From an uncultured archaeon (GTDB taxonomy: Archaea; Asgardarchaeota; Lokiarchaeia; Sigyniarchaeales; SOKP01): a DNA stretch of 28,387 nucleotides. Positions 7,609 through 17,285 of the stretch are shown here, piece after piece. The stretch covers positions 1-28,387 of the forward strand of contig CAZDTP010000047.1 in NCBI GenBank assembly GCA_964508365.1. Direction: 5' to 3'. The notes under the pieces were generated by a model. It did no database searches, had not been told where the DNA came from, and saw only the letters and a program-made list of their open reading frames with translations. Each line of letters begins with the position of its first letter. Within the stretch, counting starts at the first letter, position 1. Made by a program: the position numbers and the translations under genes.

Positions 7609-8541
7609 ATGTTAATATTAAAAGTTGAAATGAAGGATATAGAATTGCTGGGAGGAATTAATCAGTTTATTAAAGAGGTATTTTTAAAACGGAATTGGGA
7701 TGTTTTTTTAACTTTAGTCCTAAAAGTCAATAAGCAAGATTTCGATAGACTGAACATGAATAATAATAATTTGAAAGAAATTTCTCAGAATCTAGATATA
7801 AGATTTGAAATAGGTGAAGGTCAGAATGAGATGAAAAAGCTGGTATATAAAAGAGGTTATAAAACCATTACTCTATCTTCACCTAACCGTTATGAAATCA
7901 TCAATTTTAATTCAAAAATAAATTATTCGTTAGTAGACGATAATTTGCTTTACATTCTCGATTTTGATAAAGGGCAAGGACTAATTCCGACAATAGTACA
8001 AGATCAGAGCGATACCGTTTTAATGCTTGCATACTCTTCTAAAGAATCATTAAAACAAACAATAAACACTCGGAAGGCAACTTATTTCAGTAGATCAAGA
8101 AATAAACTATGGTTAAAGGGAGAGGAATCTGGAAATTGTCAAACCGTAAAAAAAATTTTATTTGACTGCGATAATGATTCTCTCCTGTTTAAAGTTGAAC
8201 AAACCGGATATGCTTGCCACACAGGAACATATTCTTGTTTTTCTGATGGAGAATTTTCATTAAGCATTCTCTATGATTTAATCAACAACCGAATAGAGAA
8301 TTTTACAGTATCAGATTCTTATACTAAGAAGCTGGCGGAAGATAGTAAATTATTACTTTCAAAAATCAAGGAGGAAAGCTTAGAAGTGATAAATTTCACA
8401 GATAGAGAGAATCTTGTCTGGGAAATTGCTGACTTAACATATTTTATCTTAGTTTTAATGGCTAAAAAAGGAATAAAACTTCAAGATATTTTAAATGAAT
8501 TATGGAGTAGAAGAAATTATGGCGGCAAAAAACAAAAATGA
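7609..8541 (+). CDS. hisIE: bifunctional phosphoribosyl-AMP cyclohydrolase / phosphoribosyl-ATP pyrophosphohydrolase with an N-terminal extension of about 115 aa
   Basis: HisI motifs [34 protein letters not shown] and [10 protein letters not shown]; HisE motifs SYTKKL, KIKEE and [12 protein letters not shown]. Confidence 0.93.
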   Translation: MLILKVEMKDIELLGGINQFIKEVFLKRNWDVFLTLVLKVNKQDFDRLNMNNNNLKEISQNLDIRFEIGEGQNEMKKLVYKRGYKTITLSSPNRYEIINFNSKINYSLVDDNLLYILDFDKGQGLIPTIVQDQSDTVLMLAYSSKESLKQTINTRKATYFSRSRNKLWLKGEESGNCQTVKKILFDCDNDSLLFKVEQTGYACHTGTYSCFSDGEFSLSILYDLINNRIENFTVSDSYTKKLAEDSKLLLSKIKEESLEVINFTDRENLVWEIADLTYFILVLMAKKGIKLQDILNELWSRRNYGGKKQK

Positions 8542-9526
8542 AAATTCGGACTCACAATTAATTCGCATGGGGCTTCTCTCAAAAGGTCGTATGTCGTCTG
8601 AAACCCTAGAATTTCTTAATTCCTGTGGTTTCAAACTCAAGAGAAACAGGCAGCAGTATATTGGACGGTTAGAAGGATTCCCAACTATGCAAATAGTGTT
8701 TCAAAGGCAAAAGGATATTATCAATGGCGTATTTAACGGGAATTTGACATACGGAATAGTCGGTTTAGATATATTAAAGGAAAAAACAAAGGGAGATCCA
8801 GATAAAATCGTAATTATTCACGATGATTTAGGATTTGGGAGATGTACCTTAGAAGTATCAGTTCCAGAGAATTGGAAAGAAAATTCAGTAGAAGAGTTAA
8901 AAAAACGCAATCAAATGTTACGCGTTGCCTCTAAGTTCCCTTCATTAACGAAGGAGTTTTTTGATAGGCACGGACTTGATTTTGAATTAATTAAAGCAGA
9001 GGGGACGCTAGAAGTCGCTCCTACATTAGGATATTCAGATATAATTGTTGATTTAGTTTCCACAGGACAGACACTCAAAGATAATCGGCTGAAAAAGTTG
9101 AATGATGGTTGTATTCTTCAATCTCAAGCGTGTTTTATAGCAAATCGGAAAATTTTAAAAGAAAACCAGATTGCCTTGGAAATCTCCCGAACATTACTAG
9201 AATATTTTGAGGCCACTTTAAGGGCACAAAATTATGTCTCTGTATTTATAAACATGCGTGGAGAAGATCCAAACAGTATTGCAGAAAAAATGCTCGCTAA
9301 GGAATATTTAAAGGGTCTTCAAGGACCAACCATTTCACCTGTGGTTTCCTCTGAAGGAGGATCTTGGTTTGCTGTCCATATTATTGTTGAGAGAAAAAAA
9401 CTAACGGAAACTATAAGAGAACTCAGAGAAATCGGAGGAAGTGGAGTTGTAGTTAGCCCTACTTTATTCGTTTTTGAAGAAGAACCAGAGCGTTATAAAG
9501 AATTATTAAAGAATCTGGAGGATTAA
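8519..9526 (+). CDS. hisG: ATP phosphoribosyltransferase, long form with plant/Chloroflexi-like C-terminal domain
   Basis: [43 protein letters not shown] and NMRGEDP...[10 protein letters not shown]. In-frame ATG 8519 with an upstream GGAG is preferred over the track start at 8495. Confidence 0.95.
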   Translation: MAAKNKNENSDSQLIRMGLLSKGRMSSETLEFLNSCGFKLKRNRQQYIGRLEGFPTMQIVFQRQKDIINGVFNGNLTYGIVGLDILKEKTKGDPDKIVIIHDDLGFGRCTLEVSVPENWKENSVEELKKRNQMLRVASKFPSLTKEFFDRHGLDFELIKAEGTLEVAPTLGYSDIIVDLVSTGQTLKDNRLKKLNDGCILQSQACFIANRKILKENQIALEISRTLLEYFEATLRAQNYVSVFINMRGEDPNSIAEKMLAKEYLKGLQGPTISPVVSSEGGSWFAVHIIVERKKLTETIRELREIGGSGVVVSPTLFVFEEEPERYKELLKNLED

Positions 9527-10851
9527 TGATGATTCCAATTTATACTTTACACGAAGCTGAGAAATCTATACTAATACGCAAATCAATTATTGATACTCCA
9601 ATATCGCCTCAGATTGAAGAGCAGATCATCAAAATATTTGGAAAGCCTTTAACACCACAAGAAGTCGTTAAGCGAATAATTGACGATGTTATTAGAAACG
9701 GTGATCTCGCTCTTATCGAATGGACAAAAAAACTAGAGAATACCGATATTTCCAATTCAATTGAGATTGAATATGCTCAAATGGAAACTGCTTTAAGATC
9801 AATTGACGAGAAGATTAAAGAGGTTTTGATTAAAACCATAGATAGAATATTAGCATTTCACAGAAAACAGCCTATATCTTCTTGGACTACGAATGACTTA
9901 GGAGGGACTTTAGGACAAATTATAACTCCAATCCAGAGAGTGGGATTTTACGTGCCTGGAGGATCTGCTCCGCTTCCATCGACTGTTATTCATAGCATTT
10001 GTCCTGCAATTGTAGCAGGCGTTGAGGAGATGGTAATAGTGAGCCCTTCTCCAATTTCACCCATCATATTAGCTACATGTAATTTAATGCGCGAGTTTAA
10101 AGTAAAACTTAGGGTTTTCCAGATAGGAGGAGTTCAAGCAGTTGCAGCACTAACTTATGGTACCGAATCAGTTCCAAAAGTAAATAAAATTGTTGGTCCC
10201 GGTAATATTTTTGTAACTTTAGCTAAGCGAGAAGTTTATGGAATTGTAGGAATTGATGGCATCACAGGTCCAACGGAGGCAATGATATTAGCCGATGAAT
10301 CAGCAGATCCTAATTTAATTGCGTCTGATTTACTCGCTCAAGCCGAGCATGATTTTCTATCAATTCCAATTTTAATAACGACAAGTAAAGATCTCGCAAA
10401 TATGGTAAGGGATTCAATTGAAGAACAAATATCAAAATTACCTCGAGCTGAAAAGGCGCGGTATGCGATCGAAAATAACGGTGGAATTATTTTAGTTACT
10501 ACTATAAAGGAAGCCGTATCGGCAATAAACAATTTTGCCCCAGAGCACTTATCTATTGTCACTAAGAACCAAAAAGAGATTTTACCTCAAATAAAAAATG
10601 CAGGAGGCGTTTTCTTAGGCGAATCTTCTTGCGAAGTAATGGGCGATTATGTTGCTGGTCCTAGTCATGTAATGCCAACAGGTGGTGCCGCTAAATTTTC
10701 TTCGCCATTATCAGTATTGGATTTTCTCAAAATTACTAGCCTAATTACCTTAGATACCAAAACGGTTAAATCTATAGCACCCATTGCCGAACAATTAGCT
10801 CGCAATGAAAAACTTATGGCGCACTCAGAAGCTGCTAGGAGGAGAACTTAA
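9526..10851 (+). CDS. hisD: histidinol dehydrogenase
   Basis: VGFYVPGGSAPLPST, IVGPGNIFVTLAKR, DLLAQAEHD, FAPEHL, GDYVAGPSHVMPTG and HSEAARRR; TAATG overlap with hisG. Confidence 0.97.
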   Translation: MMIPIYTLHEAEKSILIRKSIIDTPISPQIEEQIIKIFGKPLTPQEVVKRIIDDVIRNGDLALIEWTKKLENTDISNSIEIEYAQMETALRSIDEKIKEVLIKTIDRILAFHRKQPISSWTTNDLGGTLGQIITPIQRVGFYVPGGSAPLPSTVIHSICPAIVAGVEEMVIVSPSPISPIILATCNLMREFKVKLRVFQIGGVQAVAALTYGTESVPKVNKIVGPGNIFVTLAKREVYGIVGIDGITGPTEAMILADESADPNLIASDLLAQAEHDFLSIPILITTSKDLANMVRDSIEEQISKLPRAEKARYAIENNGGIILVTTIKEAVSAINNFAPEHLSIVTKNQKEILPQIKNAGGVFLGESSCEVMGDYVAGPSHVMPTGGAAKFSSPLSVLDFLKITSLITLDTKTVKSIAPIAEQLARNEKLMAHSEAARRRT

Positions 10852-11993
10852 TGCCCAAAATTAAAACCGTAAATCACATCGCTTCAATAAAAAATTATAA
10901 CGGAGTGAAACCTATAGAGGTCATCGCGGAAGAACTTAATATTCCAGTTACAAAAATAATCAAACTCGATGGTAACGAAAATCCTTACGAACCCCTTCCA
11001 GAAGTGTTAAAAGCATTAAGTTCTCTTAAAAATATCGGTAATTATCCAGACATGTTATGCTCAAATTTAATTCAAATCTTAGCGAAAAAAGAAAATTTAG
11101 ATGCTAGTAATTTTATCGTAAGTTCTGGATCTGATGAATTAATAGAACTATTAATAAAAGCGTATGCAAATCCTTCTGATACAATACTCTCTGTTTCCCC
11201 TACATTTGGTATGATTTCATTTTTAGCTCAAGTACATGGAATTAAACATGTAGCAGTCTCTCAACAAATTGTTAAAAAAGAGTCGTTTGCTCGATATGTA
11301 CTTAACGAGGATCAATTTTTAGACGAAGCGAAAAGGTCAAAAATCGTATTTATCGCCCGTCCAAATAATCCCGATGGGAATGTTGTTTCAGAAAATTTGA
11401 TTAAACGCTTATTATCTTTCCCAGTTTTAGTAATTATTGATGAGGCTTACATAGAATTCTCAGATTCCCTAAGTGTTACTAAATGGGTCCCCAATTATGA
11501 GAATCTTGTTGTTCTTCGAACATTTAGTAAAGCTTATGGATTAGGAGGGCTCCGAGTTGGATACGGTATTATGCCAAACGATATTAGAAAAGTCTTAATA
11601 TCAATTAAGCAACCGTATAACGTTAATGTTGCTGGGCAAAAAGCTGCTTCTGCTGCATTATCTAGCCCTCTAGTGTATAAAAGAATAACAGAAATGAAAA
11701 AAACTAGAGAATGGTTCATAAATCAGCTTAAGTTAGTTCAAAGTCAGTACAAAAACTTTTGGATTCACCCAAGCGAAGCGTGTTATGTGTTACTCACTTT
11801 CGAATCTCCAGAGATTCCAAAGAACCTTTATAAGCACTTCTATTCAAAAGGCATTCTTGTGCGATATTATTCCTCATCAGACATGGTTAACAATCTTAGG
11901 ATAAGTATCGGACTCCAAAAAAATATGGTAAAAGTTTTTGAGGAAATCAAATTATTTTTAAAAGGAGGAATTGAAAATGGACCGTCAATCTGA
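10851..11993 (+). CDS. hisC: histidinol-phosphate aminotransferase
   Basis: KLDGNENPY, GSDELI, PNNPDG, IDEAYIEF and RTFSKAYGLGGLRVGY (PLP Lys); TAATG overlap with hisD. Confidence 0.95.
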   Translation: MPKIKTVNHIASIKNYNGVKPIEVIAEELNIPVTKIIKLDGNENPYEPLPEVLKALSSLKNIGNYPDMLCSNLIQILAKKENLDASNFIVSSGSDELIELLIKAYANPSDTILSVSPTFGMISFLAQVHGIKHVAVSQQIVKKESFARYVLNEDQFLDEAKRSKIVFIARPNNPDGNVVSENLIKRLLSFPVLVIIDEAYIEFSDSLSVTKWVPNYENLVVLRTFSKAYGLGGLRVGYGIMPNDIRKVLISIKQPYNVNVAGQKAASAALSSPLVYKRITEMKKTREWFINQLKLVQSQYKNFWIHPSEACYVLLTFESPEIPKNLYKHFYSKGILVRYYSSSDMVNNLRISIGLQKNMVKVFEEIKLFLKGGIENGPSI

Positions 11994-12582
11994 CCAAGAA
12001 AGAAAAACAAAAGAATCTAACATTAAAGTTACGCTTAATTTGGATGGCTCTGGAATTGCAAAAATAGATACGGGTATAGGTTTTTTCGATCACATGTTAA
12101 ATCACATCGCAGTTCATGGAGTCTTTGATATTGAACTGAAAGCTAGTGGTGATCTACATGTCGATACTCATCATACCATTGAAGATGTAGGGATAGTGTT
12201 AGGAAAAGCCTTTAAGCAAGCAATTGGAGATAAAACAGGAATCAACCGTATTGGATCTTCTTTCGTTCCGATGGATGAAGCCTTAGCATTGGTAGTGGTA
12301 GATTTTTCTAATCGTCCTTATTCAGTTATTGATATCCCTTGGACGGGCACATATTTTGGGAAGAATCAAGGCGATTTGATTCCTCTTACCTTAATAGAGC
12401 ATTTTTTGCAGACATTTGCAACCAATGCCAGTATAACGCTACACGTGAAAGTACTTTCGGGTAAAGACGATCATCACATAGCAGAGTCAGTTTTTAAAGC
12501 CCTTGGATTCTCACTTGATAAAGCATCTCGATTTGATCCCAAAAGAAAAGGCATTCTTCCTTCAACGAAGGGAATACTTTGA
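11977..12582 (+). CDS. hisB: imidazoleglycerol-phosphate dehydratase
   Basis: TGIGFFDHML, DLHVDTHHTIEDVGI, PMDEAL and DDHHIAESVFKA. A GGAGG RBS at 11964-11968 favours ATG 11977. Confidence 0.96.
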   Translation: MDRQSDQERKTKESNIKVTLNLDGSGIAKIDTGIGFFDHMLNHIAVHGVFDIELKASGDLHVDTHHTIEDVGIVLGKAFKQAIGDKTGINRIGSSFVPMDEALALVVVDFSNRPYSVIDIPWTGTYFGKNQGDLIPLTLIEHFLQTFATNASITLHVKVLSGKDDHHIAESVFKALGFSLDKASRFDPKRKGILPSTKGIL

Positions 12583-12622
12583 GGAAAATGCATAAATAGG
12601 TTAAGCAATTGAGGAACTAATT

Positions 12623-13225
12623 ATGATTACTATAATTGACTATGGAGTTGGAAATTTAAGGTCAGTTCAACGGGCAATTCAAAGGTATTATTCGGATGTA
12701 ATAATATCGAACGAAGAAGAACAAATAAAAAAGTCTACAGGTATCGTTCTGCCCGGTGTGGGAGCGTTTGGAGATGCAGTTAAAGAATTAAAACGAGGGG
12801 GGTTATTTAGCCTACTGAAACAAATTATCCCAACTAAACCAACTTTAGGAATATGCTTGGGGATGCAATTATTACTTAATACATCAGAAGAAAGCCCGGG
12901 AGTTGAGGGGCTAGGTATTATCCCTGGGCGTGTGAAGAAGCTTGAAACCGTTAAATCAATTAGAGTTCCGCACACGGGATGGAATCGCGTAACTGGGATC
13001 AAAGAGCCGTATTTTTCGGGTTATGCTTATTTTAACCATACTTATTACTGTGATGTAGTAGAAAAAAATATAGTAACCGCTATCACACTACACGGAATAA
13101 GATTTAGCGCCATTTTTAATAATGAAAAAATACTAGCGTTACAATTTCATCCAGAAAAAAGTAAAACGATTGGAGAAAATATACTGAAATATTGGGTTAA
13201 TTCATTAGAAAAACGGGTGAATTAA
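12623..13225 (+). CDS. hisH: imidazole glycerol phosphate synthase glutaminase subunit
   Basis: IDYGVGNLRSV, LPGVGAFG, LGICLGMQLL, VPHTGWN and QFHPEKS (Cys-His-Glu triad). Confidence 0.96.
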   Translation: MITIIDYGVGNLRSVQRAIQRYYSDVIISNEEEQIKKSTGIVLPGVGAFGDAVKELKRGGLFSLLKQIIPTKPTLGICLGMQLLLNTSEESPGVEGLGIIPGRVKKLETVKSIRVPHTGWNRVTGIKEPYFSGYAYFNHTYYCDVVEKNIVTAITLHGIRFSAIFNNEKILALQFHPEKSKTIGENILKYWVNSLEKRVN

Positions 13226-13227
13226 AC

Positions 13228-14730
13228 ATTAAAACTGTCATTCCTGCAATTGATATTCGAAAAGGAAAGGTTATAAGACTCACTCAAGGAGATTTTTCAA
13301 GGCAAACTATTTATTCTAACGATCCTGAAGCCATTCTAGGACAATTTATAGAAGCTGGCGCTTTATGGGTGCATGTTGTTAATTTAGATGGAGCGTTAAA
13401 CGGCAACTTTCGGGAAAGTCTTAGCTATCCTGCTATTTTGAATCTTATTACTCTATCAAAACGAGCTGGAGTCAAAATTCAAATTGGTGGGGGAATACGG
13501 AACATTGAAATCATCGAGGAATTGATAAACAGAGGAACAGACCGAATAATCTTAGGTACAATTGCGCTAGACGATAACAAGATTATAGATATCTTGTCTA
13601 AACAATATAGAAACACAATTGCGATCGCATTGGATTCCTCCAATAGAACGATCCGTACTGAGGGATGGCAATTTGATTCGTACTTAGATATTTTTAAGAT
13701 TTTATCTAAATTGGAGAACTTGGGAATCCAAGATTTTATTGTTACAGATATAATGAAAGATGGTACTTCGACTGGGTTAAATACAGATCTTTTTTTAGAA
13801 TTAAAGGAGAAAAAAAAGCCAAACACTAGAATAATTGCATCAGGTGGAGTTTCGAGCATAATGGATATAGAAAAAGCATTAGTGTTTGCCGATGGAGTTA
13901 TTGTAGGAAAAGCGTTATATGATGGGAGCATTTCTCACAGGGATTTTGGTTCTTTTCTCGATAATTTACATAAATCTCAATTGGTAAGACGAATTATCCC
14001 TTGTCTTGATGTAAAAAATGGAAGAGTTGTTAAGGGGATTAAGTTCAAAAACTTACGAGACAGTGGAGACCCAGTTGAGCTAGCACGTTATTACAACGAA
14101 AACGGTGCTGATGAATTAGTGTTCTTAGATATTTCGGCAACCATAGAAGGACGAAAAAGTATGCTTAGTACAATTCGATCTGTAGCTGAAGAAGTATACA
14201 TTCCATTTACCGTTGGTGGTGGTATTAAAACAATTGAGGATATGACTGAAATTATCAAAGCCGGAGCTGAAAAGGTAAGCATAAATTCGGCCGCAATAAA
14301 TGATCCAAACTTAATTACTGAGGGGGCTAAAAAATTTGGATCTCAATGCATTGTTGTCGCTATCGACGCAAAAAGAAAAGGAAAATCATGGGAAGTGTAT
14401 TCTCACAGCGGTACGAAACCTACTGGTCTCGATTTATTAGAGTGGGTAAAACTAACTGTAGATAAGGGTGCTGGCGAACTTTTAGTTACTAGCATGGATA
14501 GAGATGGTACTAACTCGGGATACGATCTTGATCTGATTCGAGCCATAACAGATATTGTGTCTGTACCTGTTATCGCATCGGGAGGAGCTGGAAATAAACA
14601 ACATTTTCTCGAAGCAATCAATGATGGAGCTGAAGCGGTGCTTGCTGCTTCATTATTTCATTATAATCTTTTAAAAATACAGGATTTGAAAGAGTTTTTG
14701 AAGGATCGTAATGTTTTGGTAAGATTGTAA
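13228..14730 (+). CDS. hisAF: HisA-HisF fusion (ProFAR isomerase plus IGP synthase cyclase subunit), probable ATT start
   Basis: The HisA N-terminus (IKTVIPAIDIRKGKVIRLTQG) lies upstream of the track start 13369 in the same frame. There is no ATG/GTG/TTG between the in-frame stop at 13198-13200 and 13369. GGGTGA (13215-13220) is 7 nt before ATT 13228. The HisF half has RRIIPCLDVKNGRVVKG, ELVFLDISA, TSMDRDGT and ASLFH. Confidence 0.9.
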   Translation: MKTVIPAIDIRKGKVIRLTQGDFSRQTIYSNDPEAILGQFIEAGALWVHVVNLDGALNGNFRESLSYPAILNLITLSKRAGVKIQIGGGIRNIEIIEELINRGTDRIILGTIALDDNKIIDILSKQYRNTIAIALDSSNRTIRTEGWQFDSYLDIFKILSKLENLGIQDFIVTDIMKDGTSTGLNTDLFLELKEKKKPNTRIIASGGVSSIMDIEKALVFADGVIVGKALYDGSISHRDFGSFLDNLHKSQLVRRIIPCLDVKNGRVVKGIKFKNLRDSGDPVELARYYNENGADELVFLDISATIEGRKSMLSTIRSVAEEVYIPFTVGGGIKTIEDMTEIIKAGAEKVSINSAAINDPNLITEGAKKFGSQCIVVAIDAKRKGKSWEVYSHSGTKPTGLDLLEWVKLTVDKGAGELLVTSMDRDGTNSGYDLDLIRAITDIVSVPVIASGGAGNKQHFLEAINDGAEAVLAASLFHYNLLKIQDLKEFLKDRNVLVRL

Positions 14731-14752
14731 TTATACTAATCTTAAAATCAAG

Positions 14753-14765
14753 AAAAACTTTAAAA
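14753..14765 (+). promoter_or_regulatory. BRE/TATA-like element upstream of the MaoC-type hydratase
   Basis: AAAAAC-TTTAAAA ends about 30 nt before ATG 14796, the spacing expected for a short-leader archaeal transcript. Confidence 0.4.
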
Positions 14766-14795
14766 TCTTGAAATTAATAATAGAAATGATCTATA

Positions 14796-15626
14796 ATGTC
14801 GGGATTAGATTTTAGCGTAGTTGGAAAAAAAAATCCGGAAAACATTTTTAAATATAATAGTAAAGATGTAATTCTCTATGCTTTAGGAATTGGCGCTCAG
14901 ACTTCTGAACTTCCTTTTATTTACGAAGGAGTTAAAGGAGGGTTAAAAGTGTTTCCTAGTTACGCAACGATTCCAAGGATGGTTTCTTTCCCCAAATTGG
15001 GCAAAATCAGCTTTCCTAAATTTATTCACGGAGAAGAATTAGTAAGACTACATAAACCATTTCCTTCGCAAGGAGAAATAGTCTGTTCTAGTGAGGTAAC
15101 AAGTATATACGATAAAGGTAAAGCAGCAGTAATTAACGTTACATTTACGGGGCTTTCACAAGATAGAGATCCTTCATTCGAAATAGAATCTACATTTTTT
15201 TACTTAGGTGCGGGAGGATTTGGGGGAGATCGTGGACCTAAAACGGAACCATTAAAACCACCTGAGGGCATCCCACCAGATTTTAGCCTTACCTATAGAA
15301 CAACTGAAAATCAAGCAGCGTTGTATCGCCTTAATGGAGATTTTAATCCTCTGCATATCGATCCAGAAGCTGCTCGTTTTGGAGGTCAAGAAAAACCGAT
15401 ACTGCACGGATTATGTACGTATGGTTTTGCAACAAGAGCGATCTACTACAGTTTATGTGACGGTGATGTTTCACGTTTTAAAGAATTTAAAGTCCGATTT
15501 ACGAACGTAGTGTATCCCGGAGAATCGTTAACTACTGAAGGATGGAAAGTTAATGGAAAATATATTATCCAAGTTAGAACAGAAAGAGCAATTGTGCTAA
15601 GCAACGCATATGCTATTGTAGACTAA
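14796..15626 (+). CDS. double hot-dog (R)-specific enoyl-CoA hydratase (MaoC / MFE-2 hydratase-2 type)
   Basis: KDVILYALGIG, HGEE, GAGGFGGDRG and the hydratase-2 motif LYRLNGDFNPLHIDP...ILHGLCTYGFA. Confidence 0.9.
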   Translation: MSGLDFSVVGKKNPENIFKYNSKDVILYALGIGAQTSELPFIYEGVKGGLKVFPSYATIPRMVSFPKLGKISFPKFIHGEELVRLHKPFPSQGEIVCSSEVTSIYDKGKAAVINVTFTGLSQDRDPSFEIESTFFYLGAGGFGGDRGPKTEPLKPPEGIPPDFSLTYRTTENQAALYRLNGDFNPLHIDPEAARFGGQEKPILHGLCTYGFATRAIYYSLCDGDVSRFKEFKVRFTNVVYPGESLTTEGWKVNGKYIIQVRTERAIVLSNAYAIVD

Positions 15627-15660
15627 GTATTAGAATAATAAAATTAAAAAAGAATTTAGA

Positions 15661-17220
15661 TTAAGCTTTATATCGGGCATTACCATCCATGATCTGTCGA
15701 TGTGTTTCTAGAAACATATCATTTACCTGCATTCCCGCGAGTAGAGTTGCAAAAACGCTATGAATAAATTTTGGTTGAAAAAGCCCTTTAATTGGCGTCC
15801 TCATTTTTAACCGTGTCCTTCCGAAATTATCGGGATACGGTGCCATATCGTAAATTGCTCCCGAAGGTGAACCAGAATATCGGGCATAAGTCGCTGGAGT
15901 CGATACGTCAATAATCTTAATGTGTTTTCTCAATTCAGGAATGAGGTATTTTTCGGTTTTTTCTATAAAGAAATCAGCCCATTTTTGTTTCTTTTCATTG
16001 TATCGTTTAGAATCTTTTTCTCTTAATTCTGCCCAGTCATCAATGCCCATAGGAACAATCCTCAAGGCGATATTTGGTTTTCCGCCCGTAGTTAACGAGG
16101 GACAGATAACTCCAAGTCGAAATTCTTCATCCGTATAGCCAATTTTTCCCTGCAACATATCATCAAATAATCGATCATAAATGTCTCCTCCTGTAGTTAT
16201 TACACTGTATCCACAATCTAAACCTAATGCCCTTAGGTCAATTTCATCATCAAGTCCAATGCTTATATTCATTGATGATGTCGACATTTTTACATTTTCG
16301 ACTTTATCAGCGTATTCATTATCCACTTCCCGGATTTTATCTAAACCTATCATTTCTTTCATAGCAACAATAGGATCTACTGTAGTTACTACTAAATCTG
16401 AAGAAAGTTCACTTCCATTCTCCAATTGAACACCTTTTACCTCCCCGCTTTCAACTAATATTTTATCAACCTTGGTATTAAGCTTCAATTCTCCGCCTAA
16501 ACTAAGATATTTTTCTTCAAATTTCTTAGGAAACTCAATAAAACCTCCTTTAGGTCGAAAAGCACCATCGAGTAGGGAGTTCATCGCAGATACTGGTACA
16601 GGCGCCGATACTCTATCAGCGGGTAATCCACTAAATTCAGCAAATATAGAAAATATCTCGATAACATCAGGTTCAGTAATATTGAATTTAGCAAAATATT
16701 CCTTAAAAGTTTTCTTGGAATTTTTTACAATTTTTGGGCATGCAAAAAGCGTTTTAAGGACTTCAATAAAGGTCGGTTCGACTTTAAGTTTAAACAACTC
16801 TAGATATAACGCTCTTGAATAATCCAAGAAGCTCTCAATTTCAGCTGCGTTGCTCGGATATTTTTCCATTAACCCATTTTTAAAATCCTCAAATCCTGAG
16901 GGTAAATCAATAGTCCTTACCTTATTCGTTTTTACATCTACTAAGAAGATTCTCATATAGTATCCTTTGTATTCCTTGAGCTCAATGTTAATATCAAAAA
17001 ATTCCAATAATTCTGTAATATTAGGAATCATTTGACATGTATCGAATATATATCCTTGTCGTTCATAGGAAGTGACATACCCTCCAGTTTTTGGTTCTTT
17101 CTCTATTATTAAAACTGGGTCTTTTTTCACATCGTGGTTCATCGCCCAAGTTAGAGCACTGCTTAAGCCCGTGATTCCGCCTCCGACGACTATTAATCCA
17201 TATTTCTTTGTAGTGTTCAT
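15661..17220 (-). CDS. phytoene desaturase (CrtI)-like FAD-dependent oxidoreductase
   Basis: IVVGGGITGLSSAL, EKEPKTGGY, GYIFD and STPATYARYSGSPSGAIY. The substrate cannot be determined from sequence. Confidence 0.8.
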   Translation of the reverse strand: MNTTKKYGLIVVGGGITGLSSALTWAMNHDVKKDPVLIIEKEPKTGGYVTSYERQGYIFDTCQMIPNITELLEFFDINIELKEYKGYYMRIFLVDVKTNKVRTIDLPSGFEDFKNGLMEKYPSNAAEIESFLDYSRALYLELFKLKVEPTFIEVLKTLFACPKIVKNSKKTFKEYFAKFNITEPDVIEIFSIFAEFSGLPADRVSAPVPVSAMNSLLDGAFRPKGGFIEFPKKFEEKYLSLGGELKLNTKVDKILVESGEVKGVQLENGSELSSDLVVTTVDPIVAMKEMIGLDKIREVDNEYADKVENVKMSTSSMNISIGLDDEIDLRALGLDCGYSVITTGGDIYDRLFDDMLQGKIGYTDEEFRLGVICPSLTTGGKPNIALRIVPMGIDDWAELREKDSKRYNEKKQKWADFFIEKTEKYLIPELRKHIKIIDVSTPATYARYSGSPSGAIYDMAPYPDNFGRTRLKMRTPIKGLFQPKFIHSVFATLLAGMQVNDMFLETHRQIMDGNARYKA

Positions 17221-17285
17221 GAATTAAAGAAGTGATGTTTAATTATTTAAAGATTTATTAAAAACAGATCAAACTTAATTTTAAA

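Noticed and set aside
13369-14730. ORF-track start of hisAF at GTG 13369
   Set aside because: It would delete the first HisA strands, including the catalytic Asp of the AID motif.
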